Positions 14,850-24,213 of a stretch of 32,608 bases of DNA are shown here, piece after piece. The number at the start of each line of letters is the position of its first letter. Positions within the stretch are counted from its first letter, which is position 1. Source of the DNA: Clostridia bacterium (lineage in GTDB: Bacteria > Bacillota > Bacilli > Brevibacillales > Brevibacillaceae). The DNA is taken from the NCBI GenBank assembly GCA_050262535.1, contig JBLNEJ010000042.1, forward strand, positions 1-32,608, read 5' to 3'. The notes under the pieces are model-generated. The model was not told where the DNA came from, searched no databases, and saw nothing but the letters and a program-made list of their open reading frames with translations. Both the position numbers and the translations under genes were made by a program.

Positions 14850-15807
14850 CTTTCGCCGTAACAGGCGCGCTTCCCCAGTCCAGCATCGCATTCCCTTCCA
14901 AAAACCGTTCGCAATCAAGCGCTGCCATACAGCCGGAACCAGCCGCCGTAATGGCCTGGCGGTATTTGCTGTCCTTCACATCCCCGCAGGCGAAGACACC
15001 TTCGACAGAGGCTTCCGACGTTCCCGGCTTTACCTTCAAATAACCGTGATCATCTGTCTCCAGCTGACCTGCCAAAAACGCTGTATTGGGGCGGTGACCG
15101 ACCGCAACGAAAATACCGTCCGTTTCAATCACTTCCTCCGCGCCGGTCTCATTGTTTTTCACCTTCAACGCCGTCACACCCGTAGCTCCCGCAACAACCT
15201 CTACCGGTGCCCGATTCAGCTGCCAGCTGATTTTGGGATTGTTGCGGCAGCGATCCTGCATGATTTTGGAGGCACGCAGCTCGTCGCGTCGATGCACGAT
15301 CTGCACCTCTGACGCGAATTTGGTCAAAAAGTTGGCCTCCTCCATCGCCGAGTCGCCGCCGCCGACCACAATGATTTTTTTGCCGCGGAAAAAAAAGCCG
15401 TCACATGTCGCGCACGTGCTGACCCCACGCCCGATGTTCTCCTTCTCACCCGGTATCTCCAGCATTTTGGCAGAAGCGCCTGTAGAGATAATAAGTGCCT
15501 CTGCCTGAATATCTTCGGCCCCTTCCACCTTTAAGGTGAAGGGACGTTTGGACAAGTCCACCTGCGTCACCCACCCGGTCTGAAAAACCGCACCAAACCG
15601 TTCCGCCTGCTTGCGCATGTTGGCCATCAGCTCCGGGCCCATGATTCCTTCTGGAAAGCCGGGGAAATTCTCCACCTCCGTAGTCAGCGTCAATTGCCCT
15701 CCAGGCTCCGTCCCTTCAATCACCAACGGCTTCATCTCGGCTCTCGCCAAATAAATGGCTGCGGTCAAACCGGCGGGACCTGTTCCCAACACGACGATTT
15801 TGTGCAT
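14845..15807 (-). CDS. trxB: Thioredoxin-disulfide reductase
   Basis: GTGPAGLTAAIY, VENFPGFP, CATCDG, GGGDSAMEEA, HRRD, FACGDV...YRQAITAAGSG. Confidence 0.96.
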   Translation of the reverse strand: MHKIVVLGTGPAGLTAAIYLARAEMKPLVIEGTEPGGQLTLTTEVENFPGFPEGIMGPELMANMRKQAERFGAVFQTGWVTQVDLSKRPFTLKVEGAEDIQAEALIISTGASAKMLEIPGEKENIGRGVSTCATCDGFFFRGKKIIVVGGGDSAMEEANFLTKFASEVQIVHRRDELRASKIMQDRCRNNPKISWQLNRAPVEVVAGATGVTALKVKNNETGAEEVIETDGIFVAVGHRPNTAFLAGQLETDDHGYLKVKPGTSEASVEGVFACGDVKDSKYRQAITAAGSGCMAALDCERFLEGNAMLDWGSAPVTAKG

Positions 15808-15846
15808 ATTGTTCCTCCCTTGCGATGAGCTGGACTTGCTTGTTTT

Positions 15847-16485
15847 TCACATGATGCACTTCAACAGGCCGATGCCAATCAGCAGCAGCGGTGGCAGCCA
15901 GGCCAGCTGTGGTGCCCAGCCAATGCCCTGCACACGCTGTCCGATGCCAATTCCCAGAGCGAGCAGTGACACGCTGCATACGGCCACCGATAACGCCACC
16001 AGCAGTGCGGAATACCCGAGCAACGACAAGCTGATGCCAGCGCCGAAGGCGTCAAGCGACAGCGCCATTCCGAGCATCACCGCTTCCCAGCCGCGTATGT
16101 CCCCCGAATGGTCCGCATCCGCCTGCTCCGGGTCCCGCAAAATCTGGATGATCAACCCAAAAATCCGAAATTGCCCAATCGGCTCATCGCTCACCTGCTT
16201 TGCAGCTTCTTCCTCCTGTCCGCGCCAAATGCGCCACAGTGTCAACAGACCGATGGCAATCAGCACACCCGCCCCGAGCTGTTTGCTTACCGCTGGGCTC
16301 AACCAGCTCGTTACTGTACTACCAAACAGCATAACGCCATATACAACGGCGAACGAACACGCCGCGATCACGAGCAATGACAACAACGGAATCCGCATTT
16401 TTCGCAGACCGTACGTCATGCCTACACCCAATCCGTCCAAACTGATCGCGATGGAGACAAGGATCAGTGATACCATCCCATTCAT
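15847..16485 (-). CDS. ytaF: Sporulation membrane protein YtaF (MntP family)
   Basis: AISLDGLGVGMTYGLRKMRIP; IQILRDPEQADADHSGDI..WEA..LG.ALSLDAFGAGI. Confidence 0.88.
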   Translation of the reverse strand: MNGMVSLILVSIAISLDGLGVGMTYGLRKMRIPLLSLLVIAACSFAVVYGVMLFGSTVTSWLSPAVSKQLGAGVLIAIGLLTLWRIWRGQEEEAAKQVSDEPIGQFRIFGLIIQILRDPEQADADHSGDIRGWEAVMLGMALSLDAFGAGISLSLLGYSALLVALSVAVCSVSLLALGIGIGQRVQGIGWAPQLAWLPPLLLIGIGLLKCIM

Positions 16486-16517
16486 GGCTGACTCACCTCT
16501 ACGATGACATTCGCCTT

Positions 16518-16544
16518 AGCGTATGCGTGGGACAAAAAAAATGA
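16518..16544 (-). promoter_or_regulatory. Possible sigmaE promoter of ytaF
   Basis: TCAT-N15-CATACGCT with TTGTCC in the spacer; spacing is slightly short. Confidence 0.5.
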
Positions 16545-16586
16545 TTCCGCCCAAGCTCGGCCCTTTTGCGAAAATCGGGTTGGCCT

Positions 16587-16615
16587 TCTAGCGGAAAGCC
16601 CGTCTGCATACATAT
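16587..16615 (+). promoter_or_regulatory. Possible sigmaE promoter of the Ca2+-ATPase gene
   Basis: TCTA-N16-CATACATAT upstream of GGAGGAG RBS. Confidence 0.5.
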
Positions 16616-16647
16616 GAATGTGAGATGAAATTTGGAGGAGATCGCCC

Positions 16648-19398
16648 GTGTCCATGCACTCTACTCGCCAATGGCCCAAGCTGGCCGCAGTGGAAACTAC
16701 AGCACTGCTAGGCAGTGACCTTGCGCAAGGGTTGCCGCAGAAGGAAGCAGACAGCCGCCTCAAACAATATGGTCCAAACCAGTTGAAGGAAGCCAAGCAA
16801 GCCTCGCTGGTTCTAGTATTCCTCTCCCAATTCAAAGATATTATGGTAGGAATACTGATCGTGGCCACGATCATTTCATTTGTGCTCGGCGAATATCTCG
16901 ATGCCATTGCCATCCTTGCCATCATGCTGATCAACGGCATTCTTGGCTTTATCCAGGAGGTTCGCGCGGAGCGCTCGCTGCAAGCACTGAAGAACCTCGC
17001 CTCCCCGATGGCGAAGGTTGTGCGCGAGGGTCGTCAGATCATCCTTCCCGCTTCACAGTTGGTTCCAGGGGATCTTGTTTTGCTTGATGCCGGGGATCGT
17101 GTTCCCGCTGACCTCCGGCTCGTTCAGGCAAATCGACTCGAAATTGAGGAATCCGCGCTGACGGGCGAGTCTGTGCCTGTCAACAAAACGGACAAGAGTC
17201 TCGTCACAAGCCTTGCTGCCGACACGATTCCATTAGGTGACCAGACCAATATGGCGTTCATGGGTACGCTTGTTACAGGCGGAACCGGGAAAGGAATCGT
17301 GGTCAAAACAGGTATGGGCACCGAAATCGGCAAGATCGCCCATCTGATCAATGAAGCGGAGCAAAGTATCACCCCGCTGCAGCACCGCCTTGAACAAATG
17401 GGCAAAATTCTGATCGTCGTCGCCATCGCCCTGACCGCCGTTGTCATATGGGCAGGGGTCATCCACGGACACGACCTGCTGACCATGTTTCTCGCTGGAG
17501 TAAGCCTGGCCGTTGCCGCTATACCCGAAGGACTTCCCGCAATCGTCACCATCGCGCTCGCCCTTGGCGTGCAGCGAATGATCAAACGCAACGCGCTCGT
17601 GCGCAAGCTGCCATCTGTCGAAACGCTCGGTTGTGCTTCCGTCATCTGCTCCGACAAAACCGGAACGCTTACCCAAAACAAAATGACCGTAACCCAAGCG
17701 AGCATCAGCGGGATTCGCTACGACATTACCGGCAACGGCTATGAACCGGTCGGTCACATCATGGTGGATAACAAAACGGTTGACACGCTGCGGGATGACG
17801 CGCTCCATCTTCTGCTTCACATCGCCCAGCGCTGCAACAATGCCCAACTGGTACGCGAAGATCAGAAAGCCCGCAAGCTGCTCGTCCTTGCCGTTTCCAA
17901 GGAAACCTGGAGCATCATCGGCGACCCAACGGAAGGGGCGTTACTCGCTTTTGCCGCCAAGGGCGCTGGCGCTGAACGATCCAAGCTGCACGCTGCCGGA
18001 CAATGGGCGCGCATTGACGAGCTGCCCTTCGACTCCGATCGAAAAATGATGTCGGTCGTTGATTGTGCCCCCGACAAGAAGCTGATGTTCTATTCCAAGG
18101 GGGCGGTCGAGGCGCTGCTCGCCCGCAGCTCCCGCATTCATTGGCAGGGCAAGGTCGTACAGCTCACGAGCCAGCTCCGCCAGCAGGTCCTTCAACAAGC
18201 GGAAAAGATGGCTACGCAAGCATTGCGCGTGCTTGGCTTTGCGTATAAGTCGCTTCCCAGCTATCGTCAGGGCATGTCATCCTTGCAGTTGGAAAATGAC
18301 CTGATTTTCGTCGGCATGGTCGGGATGATTGATCCGCCACGCGCAGAAGTAACCGAAGCGATTCATTTGTGCCGCCAGGCTGGCATCAAGACCGTCATGA
18401 TTACCGGCGACCACAAGATCACGGCAGAAGCGATCGGTCGCCAAATCGGCTTGCTCACCCAATCGGGGGGGGTGGTGGAAGGACTTGAGCTCAATTCGTT
18501 AAGCGATGAGGAACTGGCGCGAACCGTTGAAAAAACCTCCGTCTATGCCCGTGTCTCCCCGGAGCACAAGCTGCGCATCGTTCGTGCTCTGCAACGCAAC
18601 GGCCATGTGGTGGCTATGACCGGAGATGGCGTGAATGATGCCCCGGCCATCAAGCTGGCTGATATCGGCATCTCGATGGGCATTACCGGCACCGATGTCA
18701 CCAAAGAAGCATCCGATCTGATTCTGCGTGATGACAATTTCTCGACGATCGTCTCTGCCGTTGAAGAAGGACGCAATATTTATGACAACATACGTAAATT
18801 CATTCGGTACCTGCTCGCCTCGAATGTAGGGGAAATTCTCGTCATGTTTTTCGCGATGCTGATGGGGCTGCCGCTTCCGTTAGTGCCGATCCAGATTTTG
18901 TGGGTCAATCTCGTCACCGACGGCCTACCCGCCATGGCGTTGGGTGTCGACAAAGCGGAGTCCAACATCATGCATCAGAAGCCGCGAAACCGTTCCGAGA
19001 ATATTTTCGGTCGGGGATTGGGCTGGAAAATCATCAGCCGCGGCTTTCTGATCGGAGCGATGACGCTGGGAGCCTTCTGGCTGACGCTCAAGGAATACCC
19101 GAACGATCTGGTTCACGCCCAAACCGTGTCCTTCGCCACACTGGTCATGGCACAGCTGATTCATGTGTTTGACTGCCGCAGTGACCGGTCCGTGTTCCAT
19201 CGCAATCCGTTTGGCAATATGTATTTGATCTGGGCCGTCGTCTCCTCCATCCTCCTGATGCTGTGCGTCATTTATATGGATGTGTTTCAGCCGATTTTCA
19301 CCACAACCGACTTGTCTTTTCGCGATTGGGCTCTGGTGCTTGTGGCGGCTGGTGTTCCCACCTTTGTTGCCGGCATCGGCGGAGCTCTGCGAAAATAA
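16648..19398 (+). CDS. yloB: Calcium-translocating P2A-type ATPase (YloB-like)
   Basis: TGES, IPEGLP, DKTGTLT, DPTE, KGA, TGDH, GDGVNDAPA, SNVGE, ILWVNLVTDG. Confidence 0.93.
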   Translation: MSMHSTRQWPKLAAVETTALLGSDLAQGLPQKEADSRLKQYGPNQLKEAKQASLVLVFLSQFKDIMVGILIVATIISFVLGEYLDAIAILAIMLINGILGFIQEVRAERSLQALKNLASPMAKVVREGRQIILPASQLVPGDLVLLDAGDRVPADLRLVQANRLEIEESALTGESVPVNKTDKSLVTSLAADTIPLGDQTNMAFMGTLVTGGTGKGIVVKTGMGTEIGKIAHLINEAEQSITPLQHRLEQMGKILIVVAIALTAVVIWAGVIHGHDLLTMFLAGVSLAVAAIPEGLPAIVTIALALGVQRMIKRNALVRKLPSVETLGCASVICSDKTGTLTQNKMTVTQASISGIRYDITGNGYEPVGHIMVDNKTVDTLRDDALHLLLHIAQRCNNAQLVREDQKARKLLVLAVSKETWSIIGDPTEGALLAFAAKGAGAERSKLHAAGQWARIDELPFDSDRKMMSVVDCAPDKKLMFYSKGAVEALLARSSRIHWQGKVVQLTSQLRQQVLQQAEKMATQALRVLGFAYKSLPSYRQGMSSLQLENDLIFVGMVGMIDPPRAEVTEAIHLCRQAGIKTVMITGDHKITAEAIGRQIGLLTQSGGVVEGLELNSLSDEELARTVEKTSVYARVSPEHKLRIVRALQRNGHVVAMTGDGVNDAPAIKLADIGISMGITGTDVTKEASDLILRDDNFSTIVSAVEEGRNIYDNIRKFIRYLLASNVGEILVMFFAMLMGLPLPLVPIQILWVNLVTDGLPAMALGVDKAESNIMHQKPRNRSENIFGRGLGWKIISRGFLIGAMTLGAFWLTLKEYPNDLVHAQTVSFATLVMAQLIHVFDCRSDRSVFHRNPFGNMYLIWAVVSSILLMLCVIYMDVFQPIFTTTDLSFRDWALVLVAAGVPTFVAGIGGALRK

Positions 19399-19412
19399 TT
19401 TGCGATCAAACC

Positions 19413-19462
19413 AAAAAACCGCAGGAAGCTGCTATTTCGCTTCCTGCGGTTTTCCGTTTTTT
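19413..19462. terminator. Bidirectional intrinsic terminator
   Basis: aaaaccgcaggaagc (19415-19429) / gcttcctgcggtttt (19439-19453), perfect 15-bp stem. Confidence 0.88.
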
Positions 19463-19488
19463 ACCCTATGCAGTATGAACTTATGTCC

Positions 19489-20010
19489 CTAGTCAATCAC
19501 TCGGACGCCAGCATAGAAATGATCTTTCCACCAACCACTTGTCATGTTGCTGAACTTAACCCCACCGGCGCCGTAGGTATGCAGCACCTTGCCGTTGCCT
19601 GCATAAATACCTACATGACCAATTCGATTAATTGAACTGGCTGAATATTTCATCGTTGCCTTTGTCGAAAAGAAGACCAAATCGCCTTTTTTCAGCGAAG
19701 AGAATTTTACCTTCGTTCCATTTTGGAGGGCACGCTTGTACTGGGAGCGGGCGCCACCTGTGCCAACGTTCATGTGTGCACCTTCCTTGAAAGCCCACAT
19801 GACAAATTCTGAACAATCCATGGTCGATTTGCTTGAACGGCTAGAACCATATACATACGGTGTCCCGAGATATTTTTCGCCAGCCTTGATGACTTTGGAA
19901 GCAGTCGCACTTGAGTAGGCAAATGCTTGTCCACCGCCTAAAAGAGAACTACACACAAGAACAGCCATAGCTGTACTCATTAACCAGTTCCGCTTATTCA
20001 TGTTTCTCAT
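19489..20010 (-). CDS. Secreted NlpC/P60 (C40) cell-wall peptidase
   Basis: Signal peptide ending AFA; YLGTPYVYG, MDCSEF (catalytic Cys), GDLVFF, GHVGIY, VLH. Confidence 0.93.
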   Translation of the reverse strand: MRNMNKRNWLMSTAMAVLVCSSLLGGGQAFAYSSATASKVIKAGEKYLGTPYVYGSSRSSKSTMDCSEFVMWAFKEGAHMNVGTGGARSQYKRALQNGTKVKFSSLKKGDLVFFSTKATMKYSASSINRIGHVGIYAGNGKVLHTYGAGGVKFSNMTSGWWKDHFYAGVRVID

Positions 20011-20060
20011 CCCCCTTAGATGTTGGTGTGCCGTATAAATGACATGGTACAGCCCAAAAC

Positions 20061-20102
20061 TAAGATTCTAGCGAGAATTTCATGAGAATTTGATGAGAAT
20101 TT
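20061..20102. promoter_or_regulatory. Tandem direct repeats, probable OmpR-family response regulator binding site
   Basis: GAGAATTT at 20073, 20084 and 20095, plus degenerate AAGATTCT at 20062; exact 11-bp period. Confidence 0.7.
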
Positions 20103-20128
20103 ACATTGGATGGATGAGGTGTAAAGAG

Positions 20129-20815
20129 ATGTCATCCCTTGAAGGAAAAGGGCGGCTGCTTCTGATTGAGGACGAGCAGAACTTTGCCCGCTATCTGCAG
20201 CTGGAGCTGATGAATGAAGGCTATGAAATCGATTTGTCCCATAGCGGCACTGCCGGTTTGCAGCAAGCGCTGGATGAAGCCTTCGACCTGATCCTGCTTG
20301 ATGTGATGCTCCCCGGACTATCCGGCACAGAGGTTTGCCGCCGGATTCGCGAAGTGAAGGATGTACCCATCATTATGCTTACGGCGCGAAGCGAGGTTCC
20401 CGACAAGGTGGCGGGACTTGACAGCGGGGCAAACGATTACTTGACCAAGCCGTTTGCCATCGAGGAGCTGTTTGCCCGCATCCGCGTACATATGCGCAAG
20501 TCACAGTCAGACGAGACGGAAACCATTGCAATCGACACGTTGACGATTGAGCCGCATTCACGCCGTGTGTATCGTGCTGATGAAGAAATCTCACTGACTC
20601 CGCGAGAATTCGAGCTGCTTTACTATCTTGCCACCCACCAGGATCAGGCACTGTCCCGCGAGCAGCTGCTCTCCGCCGTTTGGGGCTTTGATTTTATGGG
20701 CAACACCAACGTCGTGGACGTTTACATACGCTATTTGCGCAACAAGATTGATGCCGATCATCCGGTCAAACTGATCCACACCATTCGCGGTGTCGGCTAT
20801 ACCTTGCGCGTATAA
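20129..20815 (+). CDS. OmpR/PhoB-family response regulator (YkoG/ArlR-like)
   Basis: LLIEDE, DLILLDVMLP, PIIMLTAR, DYLTKPF, LTPREFELL, VVDVYIRYLRNKID, IHTIRGVGY. Start ATG 20129 with GAGGTG RBS. Confidence 0.96.
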   Translation: MSSLEGKGRLLLIEDEQNFARYLQLELMNEGYEIDLSHSGTAGLQQALDEAFDLILLDVMLPGLSGTEVCRRIREVKDVPIIMLTARSEVPDKVAGLDSGANDYLTKPFAIEELFARIRVHMRKSQSDETETIAIDTLTIEPHSRRVYRADEEISLTPREFELLYYLATHQDQALSREQLLSAVWGFDFMGNTNVVDVYIRYLRNKIDADHPVKLIHTIRGVGYTLRV

Positions 20816-20855
20816 CCGATACTCGGGAATTCGGCAAAAAGAAAGGGACCTCTCG

Positions 20856-22241
20856 ATGCAAACACCCCATTCCCTGACACAGAGAATTCGTCGCCTCTCT
20901 CTCAAATGGCGCTTGACCCTTTTGTTTGGAGCCGGAATGGTCGGCTTGCTGTTTATTTTGACCGTGTTTATTTACTGGAGCACCGCTAGGCTCGTCATGA
21001 TCAACGAAATGCATCTGCTTGAGCAGAAAGCAAATGCAATCGCCGCTGATCTGAAAACCCAGTTAAGCGAAAACAAGTATTTGGACGCGGATTATGTGAA
21101 GCAGCTGTTAACCAATTACGCCACGAAGCAGCATGCACTGATCCTGCTGGATAATCAAAACAATCGTCTCGCCTCGGTGGAAGGACCTGAGTGGACGAGT
21201 GATCCGCTCGTTGTCAATCCCGATCATCTCGTTGTCGAAGCGCCGATCTTTCTGAACGGCTCCCACCCCCCGCTTACGATACAGGTAAAAGAAGACAGTC
21301 AGCTACTGCAGCCTTTTTACCACATCCTGCTCTTGATTCTGGTCATTGCATCGGTTGCGACATTGATCATCTCGAGCTTCAGCGGCTATTTCCTGGCGAT
21401 GCTCGGGCTGGCGCCGCTAAGCCGCCTGATTACCCATATCAGGACCATCCATCCGTCAAAGCTTTCCGCCCGAATGCCTTTTTACGGTGGAGCCGAGGAA
21501 ATCCATGATTTGGTCAACGCATTCAATGTCCTGCTGGATCGGGTGGAAGAAGCAATGAAACGGCAGCAGCAATTCATTGCAGACGCCTCCCATGAATTCC
21601 GCACGCCGCTTGCGATCATTGAAGGGTATGTCCGCCTGCTGCGTCGCTGGGGCAAGCAGCACGAATCCATACGCGATGAAGCCTTGATGGCCATGGAGGT
21701 GGAATGCTCGCGCCTGTTTCATTTGATTGAGGACATGTTGTCCCTGGCCAAAATGCAGCATGAAGAACGGACGATCGATAATCCGCTGCTGGTCCAATCG
21801 CTGATTCCCTTGCTCAAGGAAGTTGAGAAGGTGTGGACCGCTACGTTTCCGAAGCATTTGTCACTTTCCTTCAACTGGACGGAACCATTGGAAATGGCGA
21901 TGGACAAGGCAAAAATTCGCCGCTTGCTGGACATCTTGCTGGATAACGCACGCAAATATACCGAACAGGGGCATGTTCACCTGGAAGCATGCCGGAAAGG
22001 CGAATGGATTGAGATTACGGTAGAAGATACGGGGATTGGCATTCCTGAAGAGGATTTGGCCAATGTGTTCGAACGGTTTTATCGTGTGGACAAATCGCGG
22101 AATCGCCACCGGGGTGGAAGCGGACTTGGCCTTCCGATTGCAAAATCGATCGTACAAGAGCATGGCGGGGAAATTGTCATTCGCCGATCCGCTGGCGGGG
22201 GCACCATTGTACAGGTGAAAATACCAGCCATTACCCTTTAG
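20856..22241 (+). CDS. Sensor histidine kinase (YkoH/ArlS-like)
   Basis: Two TMs, HAMP, H-box FIADASHEFRTPL, N-box LLDNARKY, DTGIGI, FERFYRVD, GGSGLGL. Confidence 0.95.
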   Translation: MQTPHSLTQRIRRLSLKWRLTLLFGAGMVGLLFILTVFIYWSTARLVMINEMHLLEQKANAIAADLKTQLSENKYLDADYVKQLLTNYATKQHALILLDNQNNRLASVEGPEWTSDPLVVNPDHLVVEAPIFLNGSHPPLTIQVKEDSQLLQPFYHILLLILVIASVATLIISSFSGYFLAMLGLAPLSRLITHIRTIHPSKLSARMPFYGGAEEIHDLVNAFNVLLDRVEEAMKRQQQFIADASHEFRTPLAIIEGYVRLLRRWGKQHESIRDEALMAMEVECSRLFHLIEDMLSLAKMQHEERTIDNPLLVQSLIPLLKEVEKVWTATFPKHLSLSFNWTEPLEMAMDKAKIRRLLDILLDNARKYTEQGHVHLEACRKGEWIEITVEDTGIGIPEEDLANVFERFYRVDKSRNRHRGGSGLGLPIAKSIVQEHGGEIVIRRSAGGGTIVQVKIPAITL

Positions 22242-22265
22242 AAACCAGCCACAACGAAAAAATCC

Positions 22266-22964
22266 TCACGGGAAATACCCTGTGAGGATTACATAATCTT
22301 TGACTGCTTCTCCAATTGCACGGGCTAATTGCTCCTGTCCTTTTGGAGTCGTCAGCTTCGCCCGGTCATGCGGGTTGCTCAAGAAACCCATTTCCACAAT
22401 GACCGTCGGCATCGATGTTTTATTCAACAGGTAGAACGTTTTGCCCTTGCGCGGGCTCTCCTTTGATCCATAAAGGTGATTCAACCGCTGCTGAATCACA
22501 GTAGCCAGCAAATAGCTTAAGCCACTCTTTTGATACAAAACGACCGGCCCGCTTTGCGTTGGATTCGAAGACCAGTTTACATGCAGACTGATGAGAAGCT
22601 GGGGGTCTACCTCTGCAGCCAGCTGCTTACGTTGAGCCAGATCACGAATATGACGGGATGGATGACGCAGCCATTCATTTTCGTCACTGAGCGCATAATC
22701 TCCGGTTCGATTGAGAATGACTTGATAGCCATCCTCGTTCAGCAGCTTGTACAGCTTGAGGGCTACCTCCAAATTGATCGTTTTTTCGAGTGTATCGCCG
22801 TAGCTTGTTCCGCCGTCGATTCCGCCGTGCCCGGCATCGATCATGATTTCAATCGGGAGGTGGATCTGATCGGCACGCGCACTCAACGGTTCAAGCACGG
22901 AAACGGTCAGGACAACGATCAGGAGGATTGCTCTGTTGAAAACCCAATGTATCCACTTGTTCAC
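22266..22964 (-). CDS. N-acetylmuramoyl-L-alanine amidase (Amidase_3, CwlD-like)
   Basis: IDAGHGGIDGG, EKTINL, SLHVN, VIVEMGFLSN (H, E, H, E all present); N-terminal signal/TM. Confidence 0.9.
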   Translation of the reverse strand: MNKWIHWVFNRAILLIVVLTVSVLEPLSARADQIHLPIEIMIDAGHGGIDGGTSYGDTLEKTINLEVALKLYKLLNEDGYQVILNRTGDYALSDENEWLRHPSRHIRDLAQRKQLAAEVDPQLLISLHVNWSSNPTQSGPVVLYQKSGLSYLLATVIQQRLNHLYGSKESPRKGKTFYLLNKTSMPTVIVEMGFLSNPHDRAKLTTPKGQEQLARAIGEAVKDYVILTGYFP

Positions 22965-22997
22965 GGGACTCCCATCCTAACTTGAATCTGTCCTCCC

Positions 22998-23087
22998 TAG
23001 TGTCATTCACTTTCGTGCTGCTCATTCAGAAGCAGCCATCCAGTTTTTGTTTTCATCCGATTGCAGCCTCGATCGTTGTGCATACTA
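22998..23087. promoter_or_regulatory. Possible divergent sigmaG/sigmaF promoters
   Basis: Minus strand: GAATG-N18-GACACTA (23027-22998). Plus strand: CATACTA (23081-23087) before GGAGGTG, with a weak -35. Confidence 0.45.
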
Positions 23088-23103
23088 ATCGGGAGGTGAT
23101 CAC

Positions 23104-24207
23104 ATGGCTGCTTTTTTCCGGTATTCTCTGTTGCTGTTCCTGTTGCATCTGCTGCTCATACCTGATGTTGCCCAAGCCCAATCAGCTCGAACCGCCATCA
23201 TAACCGTTTCCACTTCACCAGAATCCCCGTTTCATACACGGCTGGAAATACGTGAACCAAAGTCGCTAGCCCGACAAATCATTAACAGCCCCGCGATGCA
23301 GACAAGCTTGCAACCGGAGCTGCCCCGCGCTCTGATTCAGATCGGGACGCGGACGTGTGTGTTTGATTCGTACTCCCAACTGTTTGAACCAGCCAAAAAA
23401 ACGAAGGTGTTTCTTTTACTTAACGTCCGCAAGCAGCTGGAAAAGTGGGTTGCTCTCGCAGAACGAGCCCATTTTGGGAAGCCGCTTGATTGGAATGAGG
23501 TGAAAAAAACGTTTCACCGCATGAGCTATGCTCGAGTCATTGACATGGAAACCGGAGAATCGTTTCGGGTACAACGCCGGGCGGGCAGCCGTCATGCTGA
23601 TGTACAGCCGTTGACCCGGGAAGATACCGCGACGATGAAACGGGTGTACGCGGGCAAATGGAGCTGGAAACGAAGAGCGATCCTGGTGGAAATCGACGGC
23701 CGGAAATATGCAGCGTCCATGCACGGGATGCCGCATGGAGCCGGAGCAATCGTCGGCAATAACTTTCCTGGTCATTTTTGCATTCATTTTCAAGGCAGCT
23801 CCACCCACAAGCGCAAGGAACCGGATCCTTCGCACAATCTGATGATTCTCAAAGCGTCGGGCAAGCTGAAGCAGACATTGCTGCGAGCCGATCCGATGCA
23901 AGTCGTTGACATGTTTCTGCTGTCCCTGCATGAGCAGGATGAATCAACATTACACATGACGACGGACGGATTCCCCCTGCCCTTTGAACCATCAGAAATC
24001 TCCGAGCTCAATCCGCTGAACGAAGATTGGCAAAACCACATTCCGGATTTGTTGGCAGCCGAAATCCCGGTTCAGCTTCGCTATCATGAAAAAAATGGCG
24101 GGAAACAGAAGGCAACGTGGATTTTTCATCTGGAGCGCCCCTCACCGATCAGCAGATGGAAAATCACGAGCATTGATATTGATCCAATGAAAACGAAACG
24201 GAGATGA
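23104..24207 (+). CDS. Secreted conserved hypothetical protein with MPHG...GHFCIHF motif
   Basis: Signal peptide (AQA), GGAGGTG RBS, motifs HADVQPLT, WKRRAILV, AASMHGMPHG, NNFPGHFCIHF. Confidence 0.8.
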   Translation: MAAFFRYSLLLFLLHLLLIPDVAQAQSARTAIITVSTSPESPFHTRLEIREPKSLARQIINSPAMQTSLQPELPRALIQIGTRTCVFDSYSQLFEPAKKTKVFLLLNVRKQLEKWVALAERAHFGKPLDWNEVKKTFHRMSYARVIDMETGESFRVQRRAGSRHADVQPLTREDTATMKRVYAGKWSWKRRAILVEIDGRKYAASMHGMPHGAGAIVGNNFPGHFCIHFQGSSTHKRKEPDPSHNLMILKASGKLKQTLLRADPMQVVDMFLLSLHEQDESTLHMTTDGFPLPFEPSEISELNPLNEDWQNHIPDLLAAEIPVQLRYHEKNGGKQKATWIFHLERPSPISRWKITSIDIDPMKTKRR

Positions 24208-24213
24208 TGGAGG

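Noticed and set aside
20061-20102. CRISPR-like or iteron repeats
   Set aside because: Units are 8-9 bp with 2-3 bp spacers and no cas or rep genes are present; a response-regulator site fits better.
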